64,000 nucleotides of DNA from Paragordius varius (taxonomy: Eukaryota > Animalia > Nematomorpha), in contig OZ176052.1 of NCBI GenBank assembly GCA_964247055.1, positions 11,470,001 to 11,534,000 on the forward strand, written 5' to 3'. Each line of letters begins with the position of its first letter. Position 1 is the stretch's first letter. The notes beneath the pieces are model-generated. The model ran no database searches, had not been told where the DNA came from, and worked only from the letters and a program-made list of their open reading frames with translations. The position numbers and the translations under genes are program-made. Of this stretch, positions 37,101 to 52,600 are shown piece by piece.

Positions 37101-39383
37101 GTAAGATTGTTTGCCAATGACATGGATTCATTACTAAGGGAATCGAGATAGATTTGATATGCGTGTTCAAGTAACAAAGCTTCTTGTGGTTTCAATGATT
37201 TATATTTCCGAACCTTATTATTTTTTATAACAGTGGAAAATGATTGGCGAGTTTCCTAAAAAATTGTAAGACAGCGTTATTTGGATTGAATTTTTAATCT
37301 GTTAAACGAAAACCGGTCAGAGCGCTTTTTAGAGCAGTAACTCACGGTCAAAATCAATCGATAAATATAAAAATGACATTAATTAATAATTTGTTTATTT
37401 ATGTTAAATTATAATGAAAATTAAATAACAATATAAGAAAAGGTGATATCTTAAAAAATATGTTTGTAGAATTATTTTATAATTTTTATGTGACGCTAAA
37501 AACAAATATATGTAAACAATTTTAGATAAATTTTAAAAGCGGTCATATATTCGCTAGTAAGATATTAAATAAAAATACGAAATTAGATTTACCAAAAAAA
37601 TCTAATATAAATATTTTGTTTTTTATACCTTCATCGAATTGGATACGGTCAAGGATGATGCTGTAATTTCCCAATTAGGAGTACCTGTGGATTGCATGCT
37701 TATATAACAGATTTCACACATTGTATCAATATTATCCACTAAAGATAAGCTTAAACTCTCCAAGCTCAATACAATTTCTTGATCCATGTTTTCCAGCTGG
37801 CCAGCCTGACAAACATAAGAATTTAGTTGAAATAAAGTCTATAAATTCATTAATTAATGCTGATATTACGCATTTCCGATTTAGTTCTCGTTTTGAATAT
37901 AACCGTTTAAAGTTGCCTACACTAATTAACATATAAAAAAAATATATTTAATAATCTTTCTTTTTAAATATATCCGTAGAGTATCTTTAGGAAAAAAATA
38001 TATTGATAAATTTTTTAAAAAGGCATGAGCAGAATGTTCCATCATTACGCAATAAAATTATATATACTTGTTGAGCCATATAAATTAGCGCCATATCCTC
38101 TGTAAACAGAAGCGTACGTTGGAGTCCATCCAAAAATGAGACCCAATATATCTTACTACGACTTTGAGCTATGAAAAATTCACCAAAAGAATCCTATAAA
38201 AGGAAGGTTATTTTTATTTAAGTAAGGATTCATTATTTTAATTAATAAAAATAGGAATTTAATTAAATTTTCTAAAACAGTGTCAACTTTACTTTTTAAA
38301 GTTGCTTTTCAATCTTAAAATGTAATAAGGATCTTTAGATAATTAACATATAACAACTTTATTCCACACTTTATACATTTAATTTGTAGCTATTTTGTAT
38401 TACAAATATTAGATTATTTAGTAATTAGAAAATGGAACTACAATAATGCCCTTTTACCTAAAAAGACCAAAGTCAAAAAACTAATTGGATATATATAAAA
38501 TATAATAAACTTTTAATAAATCCAATTTTTGGTTCTTTTTCTCACCACACTCCCACACCAGTATGCGTTCGTTAAAAAGGGCATCTTGCCACGTGTAAAG
38601 TAAACATTTTTGTGGTTGTAACACAAGATACTCTTTGGTTCCACTATAAATTAATATAAAATATGTAAAATATATTTATATACCTTTTTAATTTTTTGTT
38701 ACCATTTGAAAATACATACATATCAATATATATTCTCATTGTTTTCCATATTAATTTCTTTATAAATGTATGATATATATACCTTTGGTGAAATGTAAAT
38801 GTATCATCAGAGGTGTGATTTATAAGTAGCACAACGGCCTGGCCCTCAAAGTATTGATCTAGTGTAATGGTTATTCCACTTTCCGATACATGACATTCCG
38901 CATTTATACCTCCAAACTAAAAGTTTAATATATTTGGGAAAAAAATGATTAAGGAATATCTGGAACCCAAATAGTTCAATACTTAAACTACTTTTATTGA
39001 ATCTATGTTACAGTTTTTATTTGAAAGATCTTAATCATAACAATTATTATGTAGTGTGATAAACAAAAAAACATACATTATGCTTTCTTACTTGATCGAA
39101 ATAGTTATAAATATATATATATATATATATATATTAAATAGAATATGAGACAAACCGTGTTATCCAATTTTAGAAGCGTTGAATTGGCTCTATTAATAGG
39201 GAATGGAATCGTTATATGTTCACTGTTCGGAAACTTGGCCACCAAAGCCATATTTTTATTGTTTGGAGCTTGTTTTGGCCAAAACGGAGAACACTAGCAG
39301 GTAAAATAGTTTCAAATAAATGCCTTATAATAGAGTTTATTAGTTTATTCAATCAAATTTTACACATAAATTTGTAATAATAG

Positions 39384-39429
<46 letters not shown>

Positions 39430-42400
39430 CTATTGTTCCGAAATGTCTCATTAGACTAAAATTATTTTGTTGGTTTATGTTTTGCATAGTTTAGATTTGT
39501 TATATAAATTAAACATTCGACATACCTCGCCAGACTTAATAGTATGCCATGCTTGGACTTTATTCATATTTGGTTGATTCACAAAGTACTCTTTGTACAA
39601 AATATCCAACTAAAAAATAAATTTTCACAATAAAATAATTATGTATATTTGAAAACTAATATATAATTAAAAAATAAATTATTTTGTGTAAAAATCTGAT
39701 AATCGCATTATCAATAATATGTTTAATATATTACCTGAGCATTGTTTTTCAAAGTGTAGTATGGGAAAAAGGTAACAATTTTGGTATAACTCGTTTTTGA
39801 CAATACGATATCGACTCCAATCTATAAAACATGGAAAATAAAAATAAATTTAATATACAAAAATTAAAGATAGGTTTAATAGTCTTTTGTAATGGGAAAA
39901 CGTAATTTAAAATTTATCAAATGATTCAATAAGAAAAATACTTCAAAAGATGAGTCCTTAGTTTTACAAGAAACGACACCCGAACTCCCAATCGTATCCA
40001 GTGAAAATTTTTCGCTCCAATCAGATTCAACTACGCGGAGACATACCTAATAATGCAAAAAATCAATAATTGTTTAATGTTAGAGTATATTAATATTTTT
40101 TAAAAAAATTAAATTACAAAAACTTAAATAAAAACCTTTTTCTTGGAAAACAGTGATTTGGGTTTAAAGCTAAATAGCAGGGGAAATTTGAACGTTGGTT
40201 TGTGTTCAATCGTGGATGTTTCTTCATCCCTATCCTACAATTTATTTAGTTTAAAAAAAACATACATACTTTTTTGTATGGGCTTGCATTCAACACACTA
40301 TCGGCTTGCTAAAAAATGTAAATATATAATTATAATAAAATATAATGACCATTTCCTCCCTCAAAACCTTTTTAGATCCTAAAAATGTATTAATTTATTG
40401 GGTAATCAGGTACTTGTTCGTAAATAAGGTGCGAGAGTTCAATATAAAATAGTAAAGGATAAATATTCCTCAAAAAATTGCTGGTTTAAGGGTAATATGC
40501 AGGCTGAATAATGAGCTCATAAACAAGAAAAAATATTTTTTTTCTGTTGAATTATCTTTCACATATATATAAAATAAATTATAATTAGTATATTTAAATT
40601 TGAATATTATAATTGAATCTTTTAAATAAATAGTTTAAACATAAAAGCATTTGCGGATTATAAGGCAACGGGGTGATTATGAAGAAGTATACTGTCCATA
40701 AATATGGAAACCAAGCAAAATTTTAAAAAAACCTGGTAATATAACGTTAATCCTGTTTGATTTATTATCCAGTAGGGAGAAAATATACTGATTTGTAGCA
40801 TACCCTTCGTGCGCATGCAATGAAATCCAATATCCTTACAAAATAAAATAATTGATTTAAAAAAATGTAAAACGCAATCTAATAAATTTGGTATGAAAAA
40901 AAAGATGAATTTACAAGATTATAATATTTTCCCGAATGACTTTTGGACGAAGCCGTAAATGATATGACTTGAAACTCATTACCACCGGATTGAAGGGGGA
41001 AAACGCAACTCCAATTCCTTTCAACATAATCTGCAATCTATGGAAAGTAAAATTTTAAAATAGCATTTAAAATCATTCTTTATATATTTACAACCATACC
41101 ATTATAATTTTTTAATTAATTTACCAAAGAGGTTATGTATGTTAATCGTTTATAACCTTAAGTCAAACTATTATTTATATGGATAAATTATATAAAATTT
41201 ATTAACATTGTATTTAATAATAGTATTCTAATTATCCTCTCTAAAATATGTAAATACACCTGTACAATCACAAAGCAGTCAGTTATAAAATGAACCCAAT
41301 TTAATCTAATAAATAATATTTTAATTATATTTTCTATTTTTTAATGTATTTGATGATATTGAGTATTTTTAGTTTACAATGTAAAAGAACTTTCGTTTTT
41401 AAAAATATTTTAAATTTAAATTTTGTATTATATATAATAAACAAATTTATCCTTAAAAAATTACATCTTCGATTGCATCTTTCTATCTAAATGGTATTTG
41501 GGATCAAATATATCAATAAGGAAACTAAAAAAAATAGTACACTAATTGCCAAAAAAACATTTGATTTTATTACGTTTCAAGGGAAATTAAAAATGAATGT
41601 GAAATTTGAAATTTTAATCGTTATTTAAAATATTTATACACGTAAACCTTAATAATAAGCTGCGATTTTCCAATACATGCATTGTAAAGGGCTGTAGTGG
41701 TACCTGGCATTATTTCCGTTTCTTTTCTCGAACTCTACCGTAATGTATATAAGAAAATAAATATAAAATTTTTACTGTTTAGTATATAAAATGACTTAAT
41801 TTATATTAGGTATAATATGAATGTTTTAAATTTTAAACCTTACAGAAAAATGGATTAAAACTAAAAAAATACGAATATCCTTTCAGAGGACAGCCATACT
41901 TTTTTAAAAAAATTTCTATATAAATTACTAATTTTTATTGTAAAATATATTATAGATTGTGTTACCATTTTACATCTTTATTTCATACTTTGCAACATAA
42001 AACAATGAGATAATTAAAGAAATCAAGTGTAAAAAGTACAAAAGTCTTTTGAAAAAATATTTGCCATTATATTTTCCTATTTTGCCTGTATAATTTCAAT
42101 TTTTACTGTAAATAAAAATAAATAAACATAATTAAGTGTACAAACTTGTAATTTTTGAGTGACTTTATAGGGTAAGAGATTTATAATGGAAACAGTAGGC
42201 ATAAGGAAAAATGTTTTTGTTTCAGCATCCAAATAGTGTTGAGTTTCATTGATACATGTTCCAAAGACCGGTTCTATAATTTCCGTAATCTGCATACAGT
42301 AAAAAATATTTTTTTACAAGGGTTAAAAAATTAGGTAAATCCATAAATTTAATTTCAATGATTTAAAAGAACAAACATTCATTATTAAAAAATAGAATAT

Positions 42401-43615
42401 TACAAATCTAAAATGACCCTTTATTAATTCAACAATTTATATGCACATAAAAATTTGTGAAAATTATTCGATAAATTTGTTATAAAATATTGTAAAACCG
42501 AAATATAAAATGGTTCTTCTTGAATATCGGAAAGAGCAGGGCATGATATAACATATTTAAGTGGGTTGTTAGCCAACAATTGGGTGTTATTCCAATCAAT
42601 CCCATCCTTTGAAATGTCATAACTGTATGGCAGATATGTATGAGTATCATGGATAATTATAACTTAAACCATAAATTTTTCCGTTTTTTAACAAATAATT
42701 AACATTTTATTCATTCTTCACCAAATAATGAATCCTTTAATTAATATGATATGTAAAATCGCAATATCTAAACACGAAAAATTAGTATACATCCTTACTT
42801 TAAAGAACTCGGTTTGAAATAAAAACGCGACAAATTTGAATTTATGATTGAAATGGGAATGCTCCAATTAGCATTACTTTCCAAACAAACTAATTTGACC
42901 AGGGAGGACTTAGGAACGGAGCCAGCTGTTTTCTCATGCATTTGGAGCACATATATTTCCATGGGTATGGCAAAATTGTTTACAATCTAAGATTAATATA
43001 TGTACAATTTATAACCTCACAAACTTTTCAATTGAAATTTTTTAATTTTTATAGCAAATAATTACAATTTTGAATTTGGTATATAAATTGTAATAAAAGG
43101 GAGAATAAAGCTTATAAGATTTAGATACTCGAAACATATTTAAATAACAAAAATACAATTTATATTAACGTTAAAAATTTATAAAACGGTGTCGCTATAA
43201 ACTGCAAGAAATCATCTTTTTACGAATAACAATCAATATTGCTATTAAGTTTCATTGGTTATTAATCAACCCTAGTTTAATTTTCTTTTTAATTAACTTG
43301 GCACCTAACCAAGTAGGATTGTCAACAAAAATGAATACACTTTCAAAATTTTTACAAATGAAATAGGAAAAAAAGCTTAATAGGACAAACAAACCTTAAC
43401 AGGAGTTTGTATGGTAATATGTTTAGTTCCATTCTGGGATATGACATCACATATAATACCATTGCTAAAAGGTCGTGTGGCCTGTTGAGATGCGGAGGAT
43501 TGCGTTGAAGCACTTGAGAGTTTGCGGGCAGCGTCTGATGAGATAGGGATTTCAAAATAGCTCTTTCTAACTTGATTTATTCCAACAATGCGATTAACGA
43601 ATCCATTTAAGGGAA

Positions 43616-43651
<36 letters not shown>

Positions 43652-46600
43652 TACAGATTATTTATACATTCAATCAAAAAGTAAAATCTTATAAACTACT
43701 TTAACCCTCTGCGCCGAATTCGGAATCATGCAAAAACAAGAAGAATTCAACTAGTGGCAAAATTCTTATTACAAATATATAGAGTTAACATAGGGAAAAA
43801 TATAAAATTTATTTTTATATTTTTTAAAATACTAAAAATTTTCTTTATGCGACCATTAATATGCAAACAACATTTTGAAAATTAGAATTGTTGGTTTTTT
43901 TCATGTAAACTTAATTGCACATAGACTATGAAATAAATTTTGTTTTGCGTAAGTTTTGGCATGCAGTCTAATTGATTCCAAAATTATTATTTAATATATG
44001 CTAACTTGGATAATTCAAAAGCTTACTTTAAGTTTGAGAAAATAATCCAAATTCCTTCCCGAATCCAATATGGAGATATAATGGGGTGAAGCTTTATTCA
44101 ATGCATTACCAGAGCGTGGGCTAATTGTGGATATCGTATCAGTGTGTGTTAACGGGTAAATGTATAGTTTATGATTGTTTTCTAGGGTAGCATTTTGCAC
44201 TTTTTCATTTTTAATCTTAATCTATATAGGTATATTGTAACATATACAAGTGTGCATTTTAATGGTTGCTAATTTCAGACTATAGTAGGGGGCAATCAAC
44301 ACAATATTATATTGAAAAAACAACAAAATGGTAAATAAACAATTATTTCCTTTCTCATTAAAATGCATACTGTATTTTTGGTGAAACATTAGTTAATATA
44401 AATAATAGGTACCCCAAGATATTTATCACATTCAACATTTAAATCTATCCCCAATTGATTAAGGAGAATAAATGGGGCCTTTTGTTCATCGCTTTTAATT
44501 TGGGGTTCTTTCTGGTTAACTGCGTCTCCAAAAGCCTATAATAAATCGAAATATCATGTTTCAAAAACGAAAACATATTAATCTTAAGGGCAATTGTATG
44601 ACTTAAAACGTGAAATTTATAGCAAACTTAGCTTTTAAATAAATATCTAAACAGATTAAATATCCAAAATTTAAAGCAATCAAATAAAAAATAGCGCAAA
44701 TAAAACCGTTGACAAATTATTCAGGGTTTGAAGGCAACACTTTGTTAGTGTCATGTTTAGTGCACTCTTTGAACTTATGTCAATTTGCATGGTGGAGGGG
44801 ATGTTGTTATTATTGCTGCCATTTATATTATTATTATCATTTTGTATTTCATCTTCTAATCTACTTAAACCATTGCCTCCACCGTAACTTGGTAGCCTTT
44901 GAGGGCCAGGTGTTGGGGTTAAATTATCCCTATATTCTCCACCGATGGGGGATAAGCCTGCATTTGCTATTTCTCGGTAACGTATCATAGATACGGAAAG
45001 CTAGATCGAAATCAAAAGAACAAAGTTATAATAAAAATTAAGACTATACATAACAAATAGTATAGTAATATCGTTTTTATTAGAAAACCCTATTTGGGAT
45101 CCTTGGTTTTTCTATATAACGTATATTACAATCTTTAATTATAAAAATGGTGTTATTCTTAATCTTTACACCTTTGTTCGGTATTTTACAAGCCAGAACG
45201 ATAAGATATATAAAAAAATATGGTTTTGTTATATTACTTTGTTTTGTCTTTATAATTTTTACTGTATATTTTAGTGAAAAAATCAATATAAACTTTCCAA
45301 AGAACCAAATATTTGTCCTCCAAGTTAGGTTCAGTTGGAGTACCTAATGAGTTTTTTTCTGTAGTCGATTTCACAATAGTTCCAGAGCTGTCTCCATAAT
45401 GTACAAGGGGTTCAATCAATGGTTCCCAAATAGCAAGATATTCATTATAATACCTAAATTAAATTGATAGTGTAAGTTGAACCGCTCCCTCCCTTATAAA
45501 AATTGCCGCTTTATAATGAGATTTTTTAACAAAAACAGCGGTTAAAACATTTTTTTAACTCTTGCTGATTATACTACCCTTTTCCGATTATTAAAAAGTC
45601 TTTAAAAAGGTTTCGTTGTGTATAATGAGCAACATATTTATCCCACAATCGGCTCATTATGTGGGTGGGGACAACTTTAACTAATTACTATTATAAATCT
45701 TTAAAATTTAATTTAAAAAAAATATTAATCATAAAAAATACGCAGCCTCAAGAGATAGCTTGAGGAAAGCCTTCATAGCTGGCCCATGAGACCAATCCTG
45801 TAAATTGGCATTCATCAAAACTGATTGTAGTTTAAGCATAGGAACTGTTCGATTATCAATCCCAGCTTCAATAGTTATACAAAAGGTTGTTGGGGCAATC
45901 GTTAACTGCATGATATATAAATTACATTTTATACAAATATACTTATAAATAGGGAAAAATTGAATTATATAAGGGAAAATGGATAAATGAAAATCCACAA
46001 GTACAAAATAGAAAAAAAAATTAAGAGAAAACCATATTTTTAAGCCATAATTTAAAAATAAAATTGTGGTAAAAAAATGAGTATGTTACTAATTTACATC
46101 TCAGTTTCTTATATAGAAAAGTTATGTATAATTTAAGATTTGTCTTTATCATTTACTTTATATATTTTATGAAGAAAAAATAGGTAAACTTGATCAAAGT
46201 ATGGTATTGTATCATCCTCCGAAATTGACTGATTCAAATTTGCCATCTTTTCATTTTGTTCTTTTTCTATGGCAGCAAGAGCCCTGCCTTCAAAATCCAT
46301 TTGTTCGATGGCTTCATCACATATTTCTTGAGTTAGAAAAAAAAACAATAAGCATTAAATAAATTTTGCTATAGTTTAAGGGTACACAAGTCAAATAAGT
46401 GGCTTTAATTAATGATAAATTAAAATTTATTTATAACATCTATTAGAACGATAAAAATATTTAACGTATATAAGACGCAAAAAATTTAAACTACGGTTAA
46501 AAAATAATTTTGCGGACAAATAAATGATTTTTAACCATTAAAATTTTAAGAGATGTATGATTAAACACATAAAGCACTCAATAAAATATACCCTAAGAAT

Positions 46601-49600
46601 ACTAAATTACGAAATAATATATTTTATAATAATTTAGAATTAATTTTTATATATTCTCTATCACACATAAAAGTAACAAATCCAAAATTAATGGATTTAA
46701 ATTTACCAGTTCGTAAAAACCAAAAATCACAATTGTCCAAATCTTTGATTGTCCACATATCAGTGGGAAGGGAAAGTAAGTCTTCCTTATTATCGACTGG
46801 CTATATAAAATAAAAAACACAATAAAAATTTCATAACCATATTTTGATTAAAAAATAAACCATTTTAGAAAAATATGCATTTCATACCAAAAAAAATCTT
46901 TATAAAAATAAAATATATTACTTTCGTTGGACCTTTCAAGCTTATCGCTGCAGTAAGAACTCTGATTGTAGCAGGTGATATGTTTAAAACAATGTCAGAT
47001 ATGTTGACATTTATACGTTGTCCACTTTTGGTGAGAGAATCGCACATTAAATCAATATTTAAGGAATTTAAAATCTGAATGCGAGAAAAAAAATAAATTC
47101 ATAAATTTTAATTTAATTGTTCATAATTTTAAAAAAATTATTTCAGCTTCACTACTTGACAGGAATTTTCGGCACGCAAATGAGTAGGAAAAGGACATGC
47201 TTTCATTTGTAATCTGTGTAATTTACCATCCATAATAGTTTTCTCAGGATTTTGATTGTACAGGAAATAAAGATGAAACTAAAAACATAGGTAATTAGAT
47301 AAAAATCACGCGCCATTTAAAAACGCTGAAAAACACTAATTAGTTAACGCTGATAATCAATTACATTTTAATTATATTATAAAATATTTTAAGCAATTTA
47401 AATATTATAAATTTTGGATAAAAAAATAAAGGAGTAGTTCTAAAAAATGGCATTGGTGTATATTAAGCCGTGATTACTACCATGGAATCATGTTAAAAAT
47501 AGCTAGTAATTTACTCTGCTAATTTTTTGCGCCTTAATCATTATAGTCAATAGCTATCAAAATTAGGGTTATATAAATAAGCCATATGTTTAATTAACAC
47601 TTCGATTCAAATTGGGGTATCTAAATACCCCAGACTAAAATTAAACTAAATTTTTCAAAAAACTACTGAAGGAAACGGTCCAAATTTAAATTTATACCTC
47701 TATCCTGATAAATAATATATAAATATGCCAAAATATCTTGATAAATTTTGTTTTGAAAAAAAAGTTCCACCTCAAACTACTTCGACGCCATTTTTATTTT
47801 ACAAAAATTTTTGCAAAATATCGTCTTCATTTAATTTTAAGGGTAAAACTAGAGCTTATTTTTTATATAAATTACATCTAACATTGATAGCAATAGAAAA
47901 AGCGGTTTATTTTGTATTATTTTTTAATTTTACAATTTGACACATGTCACGTTGACTAAATTTTTACCTTTCAGTTTTAGCTCAAAATAAGTAATATCAA
48001 GTATTTTTGAATAAAATATTTTATATATTTCGGTTTATTAATTTTATATAAGTGCAAAATTTTGCCATGGTTTCGATTGCTTCCATACTTTTTAAACTAT
48101 TTGATTTTAAACAGGCCTGGGGTATCCAACTACCCCAATTTGAATCGAAGGACTAAAATGAGTGTATTGTATCCAAGTGTTAAAATTATTTTATTTTAAT
48201 GACAAAAAAATGTTTTTTACCGATAGCAATAGAGCCTTGGTATTTATATCAGTTGGATTTTCGATCAACAAAAACTCGGGATCATTGATTGAACACGATA
48301 GGAATATGGAAGACGTTACAACTACGGAAAAAATAAATATTATATAAAAATTTAACATGAAATGTAAAATATAAATATTTACAAAAAAACCTTGATTTTC
48401 TAAATATATTTCGATTTTATCTGCGAAATAAAGAATGGAAACGTAAATTGGTCATGCACTCAAATTATTTTTGTGTAAAAAAACAAGCATACTCTTCATC
48501 TTTTTTATGGAAAATTCATATTTTTACTGTATAAGTGTGCAAAAAATTGTTAATTTTATTTTCATTCAAAAAAAAACATATCAAAATATAACTTGGCGCT
48601 ACAAATTCCTTTTTGGGTTCATCTGGTAATCGTAGGCTAGCAACAATGCTTTTGTTAGCAGCATTTTCCTCAGGTTTTTCTGGCATATTTTTCGTAAAAA
48701 AATCTGAAACTGACATTAGAAAATCTACGCAAACGCACACATATAACCTAAAACATAAAAAATTAAATTAAGTTATATGTTTAAGTTTGTAAAACTGTTA
48801 AGGTTAAAAAAATAGTTAAAAAATGTATTTCTAAACCTATTTAAAGCCGCATTTATAGTCATGTTATTGGTAGCATCACGCTTAAAATAAATGTTAATTA
48901 AATGATTTTGTCGATTTCGTTCTTGAATCAACAATTCTTTCTTCGTCATATAAGCTGTGGCTGAAATATCATCCGTGGCGTAAATGGGTTGTTCATCTTC
49001 TGAAATTGCCAATCCCTTATGCATTTCAATCATTCTAAACATTTATCAACAAAAATAAACTGTTATAAAATTCCTAAATTATGTTAACTTGGGTATTTAT
49101 AGTGTTTTCAGTAAAAAAGGATAGGCAAATGAAGCAAGTAAATGATTTTATTTTAAATCAACCAAAAAAATATACATAAAGAGGAAGAAAAATAATTAGT
49201 TACGAGTTTAAAAATTAAATAAATTATTTTCAATTATTAACGGTTAAATACTATATCTTTAACATTTTTTGTTCAAGAACTCCATTTATACAAATATTGA
49301 AAAAAAAACTTTTTTAAATAAAAATGTCAAGTTAACACATGTTTTTATCCATACTTAGTTATGCCATTCTGCATGGATGGTCTTTTATCCTCCAAGATTA
49401 AGTTATAGATAGAGATTTGTGTTTCGAGAGTATCATCGCTATTTATGTGGCCTTGCAGATGAATAAATAGGATTTGTATGGATGAAAATGCTTTTTTCTC
49501 TTCACGAGAACATATACCACCTTTCCCCTAAAGATAAATATCCCACCCATACATAAAAATGTTGCAAAAATATTGTGTTTTTTTTTAAATTATGGTTGAA

Positions 49601-52600
49601 ATTCAGTATAATATGTTATATATTTAAAAATAATTGATAATTTTTGAATTTAAGTTTATACCTATTCCATTTGAAGTATTAAAGATTATAAATTAACCTT
49701 TTTCCTAAGAGCTTTATTAAATAGCTACTTAATCAATATGGAAAAATATTAGTTAATTTAAAATGTATTATTTTAAATTATCTCTGCGAAAAATTACCAA
49801 ATTAGATGATCCATAGTAGAGAGAAGCTCCAATTTTATCAAACTGAAACTTAAAATTAATTCGGATAGTTGATGTAGTTTTTGTGACAACTTTTGCATTG
49901 TCTGCGACGACAGAGGGTGTGGGTGCATTAATATTATTTGTTCGAAAGGAATCGGTAGATAATTTTGGCGAGAGCAGGAGTGAAGCTAAATAAAAATGTA
50001 TATAAATATATATGAGTTTTGTTTTAAAAAATATTAGCCGGTGTGAATATTTATAAATGGAAGTGGCTAACAGGCAACATAATCAATAAAATTAACTTTG
50101 AAGGTTTTAAGATTATATAATAATTGATTAAATTTTTGATTTTTTGTAACTTTAAATTAAATTATGTTTAAGCTATATCTATATATATATAGAATACATA
50201 AAATATAAGTTAAAAAAAAATTTGACTGGTTATTACAAAAGCGATCAGAGCCATAGTTTAAAATACATATTACAATCGATTACCTGTATATACATATATA
50301 TATTAGGACATAATACTTTTTCGGCGTTTTGCAATTTTTTCATTTAGGGTCATGGGTGAGTTGGGAAGTACAATTGGTTTATGCGTTGGTAATGTCGCTT
50401 TTTCTGAACTGCTCACTTTGATTGTTTGTTGACGATTGTATTCAAAGATGTTGTCATTCAAAATTTTCATTAAACTTTGTAAATCTTCTTCACTTATCCC
50501 AACCTTATAACACATAGTGTAAATATTTATTAAATCTGGTTTCAAACTTTTAATTGTTTATGAAAATACGAAACACATACCTCTAATCCTTGGATCTTGG
50601 AATAATTATTTTCAACCTAAAAATTATGTTATATTTTTTATATGAATATGTCGTATATAACTCTGCTGTAACGATCATATTTTGCAAAAAAAATCCTTAA
50701 TTTTTCGGAATTATAATATCAAAATTTTACATTTTCCCCCGACATTGAATCGACTAAATGTGCGCTAACACCTTCGAAGCTTTTGGTGAGGTGACCAGTC
50801 ACATCGATTTGTGGATACTGGGGGACGAAATCAAACATCAAATTTCTACGAACTTCTAAACTCACATTCGCCGGTTCAAGGATTAGGACTTCGGATCTAA
50901 TTTTAGTTGCGTTTCGATCATCAACTAGAATTCTTTAAAAAATATAATATAAAAATTGTAATATAAAAACATTTAAATGTTAATAATATGTAACAGTATA
51001 AAATGTTAATGCTTATTATTTGCAAAATATAAACTATGATAAAGGAGTGTCCACATTAATTTGCAATGTAAAAAATTATTTATCTGAATATTGAATGATT
51101 TTTTCAATAAATTTATATTTTCTAAAAAAATAAATTAATTAGTTTCGTAAAACAGTTAAGCTACCTTGATAGCTTAAAATCCGACAGCTCAATCATCATT
51201 TTATCCAATATAACTGAAGATTTAGCAGAATGATAATTATTATTATCTAGGCTTATAGTTGAGGGGTGAGTTGAATCCATACCCTCTGTCATAGTAATAA
51301 ATTTATTCTTAATTTTCAGTGTTCCAAGATCAACCATAGCCGCTTCGTTACTCACATTTGATTGAGGGATTACAAACAGGGGTGCCTTCATTTCAATCTA
51401 ATTCATATGTGATGAAAAATTAAAAATTAATCTAAATTTAGGACCAAGAGCGAGATCGGCTATATTTATAAAATAAAAGTCAATGAGAAATGCGTTATTA
51501 AAACACTTTTTAAAATTTTGACTCATTTTATTAGCAAGGCCGAAAACATGAAAATATATTTATTTTTCGCAACTTCCAATAATGTTTCTTCAAAAAGCTA
51601 TTTATAAATGCATATTTGTTCGAATCTTACGCAGCTTATTCCCGCGTATGTCTGTACATATACATATATATACGTCTTTTTGGCACTATCTACTGAAAAA
51701 ACTGCCAAATCCCTATATCAAACTGTATTCCCTCATAATTATTTGCTTACCCTAAGTAAAATGCGAGATGAACATTTTTGGTTTGTGGTGGTAGCCGTTG
51801 TTGTGGTACGAATAGTATTTTGATTCGCAGAGCCATTATTTTGTTCAAAGGGAGGTGCAGTTTCAGTAACTGCTGCTGAAGTAGCAAAAGATGAAACCAT
51901 TTCAACCGCTGCCGCAGTACTGGCTTCCATCATTTTGTTTCGGGTTTCACTCGAACACAAAGACTCCAAAACACCCTATTATATAATGAATGGTTCAAGG
52001 CAATTCAAAATAAGATATTAGAAAAATTTGTTGATTTTAACAAATGTTGATTTCATAATTATATATATATATTAACCGGGAATAAATATTGCTAAATTGC
52101 TATGAAATCAATGCAACATTTTAAATATATGAAGAAATATATGTATATTCTAACCATAAAACGGTTTATAAAATATAGCAATATTAAATGTGTTTATCAT
52201 AGTAAGTGTAAAGAATCTCTATTTTAAATATTTAAACTATTATAATATTCATTAGTGAATTTTAATATACAGGTTTAATTTTTAAATGGATTGATTTTCT
52301 TGAAGAAATAAGAAAAAGGAGTAAAGAAACCAACTGGCTGACCTGTAAATGTAATAGAAATGGAACAAAAACAACAATCCTAATCCCTCGAATTTGTAGT
52401 GTTACAGACATATCCATGCGGGACATGTCATACAAAATATGTTCCCTATAGTATTCTTCAAACAAACTTTCATTTTCCACCCAAAACGAATTCCCTGGTC
52501 CATTGTTAAACATTGTAATGTTACCCTAAATTTTAAAAATTTAATTACAGTAACAAAATATAAAAAGCTCACAAGACTAATACATTATATATAAAAAACC